A stretch of DNA of 63,775 nucleotides, the filler included, from Craspedostauros australis (taxonomy: Eukaryota), in assembly GCA_030167865.1 (NCBI GenBank). It is 10 parts of 10 records of this genome, joined end to end, with 100 filler letters (N's around TTAATTAATTAA, not from the genome) between each part and the next. Parts side by side here need not be neighbours in the genome. Positions count along the whole stretch, not along the records: positions 52,212 to 57,687 come from JALAGF010000073.1; positions 57,788 to 61,012 come from JALAGF010000075.1; positions 61,113 to 63,775 come from JALAGF010000078.1; 7 more parts are not named here. The stretch is one strand, 5' to 3'. The position numbers and the translations under genes are program-made. The notes below the pieces were generated by a model. The model made no database searches. It saw only the letters and a list, made by a program, of their open reading frames with translations, and was not told where the DNA came from. Numbering within the stretch: position 1 is the stretch's first letter; every line of letters begins with the position of its first letter. Shown piece after piece: positions 55,524 through 63,775 of this stretch.

Positions 55524-57687
55524 ATGTTGCGGACAGCAGTGACAAACAATGATTCCAAGCCCGCGGCTGGCGGAGCAAGCCGCAGAGCACCAAACTTTCA
55601 CGATGCAACTATCGACACCAGCAACAGCCATCGTCAGGAAGCTCTGAACAAACTATTGCCATCGATTGGACTAGTCTCCGTTGACACAAGCATGTTCAAC
55701 GGTAGTGACACATTCCAAAGCGGAAGTGACAGCGACGGAAATAATGAGGATCTGCCATTCCACAGCGTCGGGCTGATTGGAAGAGGCAAGGAACTCCGGT
55801 TGCTGCGCAAGGTATTCCACTCAACCTGCGGACAGGTGCAAGGAAGATCTGTGTTCGGTCCTATTACCAGCGACAGAGATGGGAGCAACCATTCCGCAGA
55901 TTTCCTGAGAGTTTCCACAACTAGTGCTGCAACTGCCACCACTAATAACAGTGGCACTAATACCTCTGACGAATTCCGTATGTCACCGATGATCCCATCC
56001 TCGAAGAGGAGCCTCGTTCTCATCTCCGGACATTCGGGAAGCGGGAAGACTGCCCTGGCCATGCAGGTCAAGCGATTTGCATCTGCTCAAGGCAATGACA
56101 CCCACGACGACAACCGCCAGCATCGCCCCTTCCACGGATTCTTCGTCTCTGGGAAATGTGAGATCTCCAAAATGAACGCGGAACAACCATACGCCGGTAT
56201 CAAATCAGCATTGGCGGATCTCTGCAACCAGATCCTTTGCCTGCCGAGAGACGAACATGACCTCGACCACGCTGTGGAAATCACAGTGCCATTGATGAAG
56301 TCTGTTGGAGAATCCACATCATCGGAAACAGCCACAGGCTCTACGGCGGCCACCTTATCCTCGTCGAACTCATCATCGTCAGTGGGGGGAGCAGGTACAC
56401 CTCGGACGCGCATGCCGCACCAAACATCTTCAACCACGACTCCAGCGTACTCCTCTTCTTCCGGCACAGCCGCCGGTGGTGGCAATCATGACGATGGTGA
56501 CGACCACCGTCGTCTGTCCATCCTACGAAAGCTCCTCAAGAGAGGACTGAAGAGAAGTGAGATACAGGTACTCTCTAATGTCATCCCGGAGCTACCTCAA
56601 GCCATCTACGGACAGAACCGCATCGATGCTATCGCCAACGACTGCAACGAGAAGCCCAAAGACGACACATCCGTCATGAGCGCATCCACCATGACCATGC
56701 CATACAAACAGAGCAAAGCCAGACCATGGAACGAACGCATCGGATATCGAGCACACGGTGACAGACTCAAGTTCGCTCTGCGAAAGCTCATTCAGATCAT
56801 CTGCAACTACTGCCCCCTCATCTTCGTCATCGATGATCTACAATGGGCAGACAAGGCATCGCTCGACATCCTCAAGTCATGGATGCTGGACAGCAAGAAC
56901 TCATCGCTCATGATCATCGGATGCTACCGATCCAACCTCCTGGAAGAGAACGATGTTCTCAAGACTACGCTGACATCATTGGATGAATCCAAGCGGGAGC
57001 GTGCCCTCCGCATCGTCAAGCTTCCCATCCAAGATCTGGAGGTGCATCACATCAACGAGCTGCTGTGTCGGCTGTTGGCTGTTCCAACGGATGGTCACGC
57101 ACTCAATGACCACAGTGCTAATGGCGCTGACAATGCCGACGATGTGGACGATGCTGATGATATTGATGATGCTGACGAGATGAATGGCCGATCGAAGGTC
57201 GTGAAGGAGCTTGCTGATGTGGTACATCAAAAGACGGCTGGGAATCCCTTCTTCGTCCAGCGCTTCCTTCATTCCTTGGTTGACGAAGGCCTGCTCAAGT
57301 ACAACGGAGCGAAGCAGCCGTCACCGCCATCACTATCGGCATCGGCAGCATCCAACACCAAGAACGGTTTCTCGTGGGCATGGTCGTGGAACGATACCGA
57401 CATTCGATCCAAGTCACCATCCACAAGCAACATCATCGATCTCATGAAGGACAAGCTGCAGCAGGTGCAGAATGCTCGTCAGATCCTGCCCATCGCAGCA
57501 TGTCTGGGCGCATCTTTCTCACACTCGACCATCTGCATCGTGATGCGTGGTCTATCCATCCATTCGGCACACTCCGCGTTCGTCCGCAAGCTGTTCGGCA
57601 TCAATCGCTTCGTTTCCAACAACGACATCGATGAGATGCTGCACACGTGCGAGCAGGAAGGTCTCGTGGAGATGTCGATGGGATTCA
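55524..57687 (+). CDS. N-terminal half of STAND/AAA_16-type ATPase
   Basis: Walker A GHSGSGKT, Walker B FVIDDLQWAD, IIGCYRSN and KTAGNPFFV (GxP). Last 84 nt equal the first 84 nt of both C-half contigs. Confidence 0.9.
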
Positions 57688-57787
57688 NNNNNNNNNNNNN
57701 NNNNNNNNNNNNNNNNNNNNNNNNNNNNNNNTTAATTAATTAANNNNNNNNNNNNNNNNNNNNNNNNNNNNNNNNNNNNNNNNNNNN

Positions 57788-60700
57788 TCTCTACCTCGAA
57801 AGCTGCGTCGAAGGACGCCAATCCTTCTCCCTCCAAGAAGCAGCATTTGCCATCCTCTCCATCCGTGCGCCTCTTCCCATCCGATCCGAATGATCACAAA
57901 GAACTGTTTGCGCCATTTGCTGCTGAGAATCTGTTGCCTCCACTGGATGTAGATGGTAAGCAGCACATTACGACATCTACAACAGACAAGCTTTTGCCTC
58001 CTGTGCTGAAAGGCACGACCTTCGNNNNNNNNNNNNNNNNNNNNNNNNNNNNNNNNNNNNNNNNNNNNNNNNNNNNNNNNNNNNNNNNNNNNNNNNTCTT
58101 CGTTCGCGTGCACATCACCACCAACAATGGCATGATTCTTGACACCTCCAAGGTCACAGTGTAGGCCTTTGGACAGGGCTCCAACACCGGGACAAAAGTG
58201 CAGGTCAAAGTCTGTGTCCTGACTCCTCCAACTTTCCCTGCACTCCTTCCTGCACCCCTTCCCGCACCAACTATCCAAACCAGCAACGAAAGGCAAGTGC
58301 ATGCAACGCCGCAAGGCTGACAACGACAAAGCCTTCCGCCCCAACGGACGCAAGAAAGTCAAGAGCGGGAAATCTAACTCCGGAAGATTCCAACCCAAGC
58401 ACAACATGAACAAGACAGATGCGTTTCAAATCATGTGTGAGGTATTGCAGGAGCTCGGAGTGAAACAACTTGCGACTATGCTGGCCGACTTTCCTCGTTG
58501 CGGATTTGTATTGGGGCGCAAATCCGACAAGCAAGTGTGGAGCAAAGCGAAGAAGATCTTCGTGGTGGCCTCCAATGCGCTGTGGAAAGCCCTGATTCCG
58601 GCAATGAACTTGCCAGTTCCTCAAATGGAACAGGTGGTGGCATTCGTGCGCGCGGGGGTAGACTTGCTTCCTATCAAGCTGGCTCCCAACCTCTACACGA
58701 TTTGCCTCGTCGGCGAGAAGAACATTGCACGCACAGCAAGGTGCATTCTCGCCATGTCTGCCTCGCCACGCCAATGTACTAACCTCCTCTAGCGACACAA
58801 GAGCGAACTTCCTGACGTTCAGCATCTCGGCCTCTTGCCAGAGCAATACACCATCACGTGGGGCCAGCTCCTCACTCTGCGCAACTACTACGAGCTCTTG
58901 CGCAAGGGCAACGTGCTTGGTGCTGCTGTTCATGACTATCGCGTCAGCGCATACAGCTTGGCCTGCGTGGTGTCTTTCATCAGCAACACAACCACATACA
59001 AGTCAGGCCTTTGTCACAGCATCAAGTGGGGAGGGGTGATATTTGAAAACATGCCAGTATTCGAATGTGGCAGAACGAGTGTGGGCGAGCTGTTCCACAT
59101 GTACAAGACTACGACGAACATTCCAGTCGGTGAGCCAGCATTCCGAGCAATGACGGTCCTGCTCACACGCAGAGGCAAAGTGATTACTGGTCTCTCCTCT
59201 TTTGAAAACTACTTCTGGATGGCAACCAAGACGCTGAAGGAGATGCCCGTGTGCTTGAATACCCTACTCGAGGATTCATTCAACAGTGATGACGGACATG
59301 ACGACCTAACCGTGGAGCATATTCAAACCTGTGAGAAATTGTTGCGCGATCTGGACCTTATGATCACATTCCTCAAGTGGGAGTATACCACGCCGCACAT
59401 GCAGATCAAGTGCGAAGAAGACCTGATGCACTGCACTCATTTCGCCCTTCGCAAGGATTCAAAAATGAAGCAGGCTAAGTCTACACTCGGCACCGAAAAC
59501 ACAACAGCGCCTGCCAGCACCACACAACATGCACGGCCATTGATCCTCCTACAGTAACCACAGAGTGTGATGCCAACGCCCTTCCTCTCATCGCTCATGA
59601 TCAACAAGGCAAAGTATGCAACAGATGTGGACAAGTGATGCGATTCATGGATGATCGCATCGCACCATTCATCGAGACGCTCAAGGCCAATCATCTATGC
59701 GACCACGCAGATGAACTACACACGATGCTGGAAGCGGTACCAGGCTTCAACAACGAGATCACTGCGTACATGGCACACCAAGTTCGAGCAAAGGTTCAAT
59801 TTGATCAGATGAACGAGTACAAGGCCAAGATCAACAACAATGATAAGTGTGCCTACGTTGTCATCGACCATAAGCAGAAGATTCTGCCGATGGCACAAGG
59901 AGAATCGCAGACAGAGTACTGGGGCAAGAAGGGCATGTCGCTGCTTGGTGTCATGATTGTCACTTGCAAAAATGACAAATTCACCTATCGCTTTGTGGAC
60001 ATAATTGTTCATGGCCGTCCCACCCAAGACACGCTTCAAGTTGGAGGACTACTCAAAATCATCCAGAAGAAGGTACGCGATCTCCTGCCATCAGTGACAG
60101 AAATTATCCTGCAGTCGGACAACGCAGGCTGCTTCGCCAGCCACGAGCACATCGCGCTTGTCTCATCACGGATTAACAAGGATGCGGCAGCCAAAGGGCT
60201 TCCCCAATTCATCATTTGGATCTACACAGAAACCCAAACTGGCAAAGGGCGAATCAACACTCACTTCGCCTACATCGCTATCATGCCATGATCCTACATG
60301 CAAAACGGTGGCAAAATTCAAACTGAACATGAGATCTTCGACGCATTGCAAATGGGAAATATCAGAGGTACTACAACTGTCTTGGTTGACACGTCGGATT
60401 TGGAAGGTTGCTGTGTGATGCACAAGACGAATGCACACATGAGGTTCCGCGCAAAAGGCATGAATGTGCGATCAACCCACGAGGTCCGGCACGGAAACGG
60501 CTACTCAGACTTGCTTGTGGCTTCAAATGTCACTGCTCCAGTACGTGTGGAGGAAGCTGAATGGGAAGACTGTGGCATCATGAATTCTGACGTTCCTATC
60601 ATGATAGAACGCCAGTCCACACAGGAGCCGCTCGCAGCAACATCACCGAGGAAGGAGAAAAAGACTCTCAGGTTCGCGAAGAGTGCCACCAAAAGCAAGG

Positions 60701-61012
60701 CACTGACGTACCTCGAAGCAATCAACATGGCAGCCTTGGAGACCCCTGATGTAAGTACTGTGCTACAGGACACCACAGCAACAANAGAACACCCGCAATT
60801 GGCTGAACCTGGCTGGGCTGCAAAAGCTGTACAACGAAACGAGCCCATTCGCCCCTGCCTTGTGAACGTGCTGGAAGAGGCTTGCAGAGTGGCACGCGCG
60901 GATCCGAAGAACAGGCCAACGGAGTACAAGGGATACCAGCGGTGCATGGAGACCACGGAAATGAAGACTGACTGGTATGCACGGGTACACGTGAACCCAA
61001 TGCGAGTGAAGC
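57788..61012 (+). pseudogene. Decayed DDD-type DNA transposase, Sola3-like
   Basis: Collinear motifs HCTHFAL, H....CNRC, IDHKQKILP...ESQTEYWGKKGMS, LQSDNAGCF and TETQTGKGRIN, split by frameshifts (about 58790 and 59500) and in-frame stops (58162, 60289). Sola3 assignment is from recalled motifs. Confidence 0.7.
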
Positions 61013-61114
61013 NNNNNNNNNNNNNNNNNNNNNNNNNNNNNNNNNNNNNNNNNNNNTTAATTAATTAANNNNNNNNNNNNNNNNNNNNNNNNNNNNNNNN
61101 NNNNNNNNNNNNTG

Positions 61115-61405
61115 GTGCCCATTCAACGAGCAAGGGTGGAACGAAGACAATTGGTGGCAGAGAACGTGGCACCCATGGTGATTTCCGCGAAGTCTGGTCG
61201 AAAGCGCAAAACTACCAACAGCGACAATCCATCAACAGCCGGAGGAGTGCGACTGTGCCCAGGATGCGGCGAGCTCGGTCACTTCCTTCACAGTTGCCCA
61301 AAACCAATTCCATCCACCCTTGTGAAGAGCAAAAAGAAACAAGTTGATAAGATTCTGCCCCAAGTGATGGAACAACTGGGAGGCAGCGTGCAGGATGAAG
61401 AATAG
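61115..61405 (+). CDS. C-terminal fragment with CCHC zinc knuckle, probably transposon-derived
   Basis: CPGCGELGHFLHSC matches C-x2-C-x4-H-x4-C; basic GRKRK precedes it; 5'-truncated. Confidence 0.6.
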   Translation: MPIQRARVERRQLVAENVAPMVISAKSGRKRKTTNSDNPSTAGGVRLCPGCGELGHFLHSCPKPIPSTLVKSKKKQVDKILPQVMEQLGGSVQDEE

Positions 61406-61654
61406 ACTAACCCATCATAGCACAATGGCATAGTTCGCCATANCATTCCCTGTAGATAACACTCTGCAATGCAATGCTGATGTATAGTAGTCTGTTGCAT
61501 CATCATGGCTCCAGAAGTATCTCATGCTCTCCACAGTGTGCTATGAATTGGCAAGGTATGCATTAGAAGGCCCAAGATGATGGCATTTGAACACTTGGAG
61601 CGCATCAAGGGCGTTCGACTGGGTACACTCCCAGCTTACCAGGACCAGGATCCT

Positions 61655-63225
61655 TCTGGAAGGGACTCAAATCTGAGTTTGTAGATATCGAGTGCTGTGG
61701 GTGACAGTACTGTGACCTACGCGCCATAGTGTACAGTAGATTGCCCATATGTGCATAGCAAATGTCAACCACAATGAAATCCAACCCGGCGGGAACTTAC
61801 AACACATCCCAAAGTGTCTGGTCACGAAGTATGAGGTCCTAGATCCGTCTGGAAGGTAGTCAAATCGATGGATCTAGATTTCGAGTGGTGCTGTGGGTGG
61901 TAGTGCGATGACCTACGCACAATACTGTGCAGTAGATTGCCCATATGTGCATATGAATGTCAACCACAATCGAATCCAACCCGGCGGGAACTTACAACAC
62001 ACCCCAAAGTACCTGGTCACGAAGTATGAGGCCTCCAATCCATCTGGAAGGCATCCATATCTGAGAATCTAGATTTCGAGTGGTGCTGTGGGTGGTAGTA
62101 CTATGAGCTACGCACAATACTGTGCAGTAGATTGCCCATATGTGCATAGCAAATGTCAACCTCAATAAAATCCAACCTGGCGGAAACTTACAACACACCC
62201 CAAAGTGTCTGGTCACGAAGTATGAGGTCTCCAATCCATCTCGAAGGCATCCATATCTGAGAATCTAGATTTCGAGTGGTGGTGTGGGTGACAGTACTGT
62301 GACCTATGCACAATACTGTACAGTAGATTGCCCATATGTGCCTATAAATGTCAATCACCATGAAATCCAACCCGGCGGGAACTTACAACACACCCCAAAG
62401 TACCTGGTCACGAAGTATGAGGTCTTAGACCCGTCTGGAAGGTAGTCAAATCGATGGATCTAGATTTCGAGTGGTGTTGTGGGTGGCAGTACTACGAGCT
62501 ACGCACCAGAGTGTACAGTAGATTGCCAATATGTGCATATAAAATGTCAATCACCATGAAATCCAACCCGGCGCGCACGTACACCACACCCCAAAGTGTC
62601 TGGTCACGAAGTATGAGGCCTCCAATCCATCTCGAAGGCATCCATATCTGAGAATCTAGATTTCGAGTGGTGGTGTGGGTGGTAGTACTGTGACCTATGC
62701 ACAATACTGTACAGTAGATTGCCCATATGTGCATATAAAATGTCAATCACCATGAAATCCAACCCGGCGCGCACGTACACCACACCCCAAAGTGTCTGGT
62801 CATGAAGTATGAGGCCTCCAATCCGTCTGGAAGGCATCCATATCTGGATGTGGAGATTTTGTGTGGTGCTGTGTGTGGTAGTACTGTGACCTACGCGCCA
62901 TAGTGTACAGTAGATTGCCCATATGTGCATATGAATGTCAACCACAATCGAATCCAACCCGGCGGGAACTTACAACACACCCCAAAGTACCTGGTCACGA
63001 AGTATGAGGCCTCCAATCCGTCTGGAAGGCATCCATATCTGGACGTGGAGATTTTGTGTGGTGTTGTGGGTGGTAGTACTATGAGCTACGCACAATACTG
63101 TGCAGTAGATTGCCCATATGTGCATATAAAATGTCAATCACCATGAAATCCAACCCGGCGGGAACTTACAACACACCCCAAAGTGTCTGGTCACGAAGTA
63201 TGAGGTCTCCAATCGGTCAGGAATG
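61655..63225. repeat. Tandem satellite, 195-196-bp unit, about eight copies
   Basis: Anchor CCAACC(C/T)GGCG at 61781, 61976, 62172, 62367, 62563, 62759, 62954 and 63150. Confidence 0.95.
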
Positions 63226-63289
63226 TATCGGTGTGGAAGGGTCAGTCTAGCCTGATGCCAAGGTCACCGTGCGGCCTCACAAGGGACCG

Positions 63290-63418
63290 CTCGAAATCTA
63301 GATTCTCAGATATGGATGCCTTCCAGATGGATTGGAGGCCTCATACTTCGTGACCAGACACTTTGGAGTGTGTTGTAAGTTCCCGCCGGGTTGGATTTCA
63401 TTGTGGTTGACATTCATA
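63290..63418 (-). repeat. Inverted partial copy (about 130 bp) of the satellite unit
   Basis: CTCGAAATCTAGATTCTCAGATATGGATGCC...CCCGCCGGGTTGGATTTCATTGTGGTTGACATTCATA is the reverse complement of the unit. Confidence 0.93.
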
Positions 63419-63775
63419 GGCACGTATGTGTTGGAAATCCGGGGTGGTATGATAGTAGAGAACTAATCGTTTGTTAGAATCTACTTCTCTGAACTGTGAG
63501 CTCTTCATCGCTCTCAATTGCAAAGTCCAATCTCCTCCTGAGATTGCCATGGGTCCCTCTGTTGGTCTAGCATGCATCCATCTTGCATTCATTGCAAATT
63601 CATCATGGACATGCATGCTCCACCGAGTACCCCATGTTCGTGCACAAAAGCTCGTTGTCCTCCGCTGATAGTTTCGATGCTTTAGACATCACCGAGTCGT
63701 AGGCATCACACAGGTCGGTCCATTCAACCAGATCACGGTCTCCCATTCGTCACGGGAACACCTCGGTTGGGAGCT

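Noticed and set aside
61655..63225. Regular repeat array as CRISPR
   Set aside because: The entire 195-196-bp unit repeats with no unique spacers and no cas genes; the context is eukaryotic.

Overview
Eukaryotic, gene-sparse sequence, most likely from a pennate diatom (inferred from a DUF6824-type gene, RxL-processed secreted proteins, expanded MORN and AAA/STAND families, and a CoDi-like Copia element). It is not one locus: ten contigs are joined by artificial N44-TTAATTAATTAA-N44 linkers. Contents in order: (1) a partial Copia-type LTR retrotransposon whose gag and protease share one frame, separated only by TGA in a CAR-YYA readthrough context with a GC hairpin just downstream; (2) a 31-kb contig with two ARM-like paralogs, three MORN-repeat genes, a class-V PLP lyase (Egt2/CefD-like), a secreted Cys-rich repeat protein, a two-exon DUF6824-type gene and a truncated Myb/SANT-like ORF; (3) a LINE ORF1/ORF2 junction; (4) two 5.1-kb near-identical contigs encoding a secreted RxL-rich protein, differing only in one hypervariable block; (5) a collapsed head-to-tail array of about 1380-aa STAND ATPase/TPR-like genes with homogenised NTPase cores and diverged C-terminal regions; (6) a decayed Sola3-like transposase, then a zinc-knuckle fragment and a 195-196-bp satellite with an inverted terminal copy. 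Family assignments come from motif recognition by eye; no searches were run.
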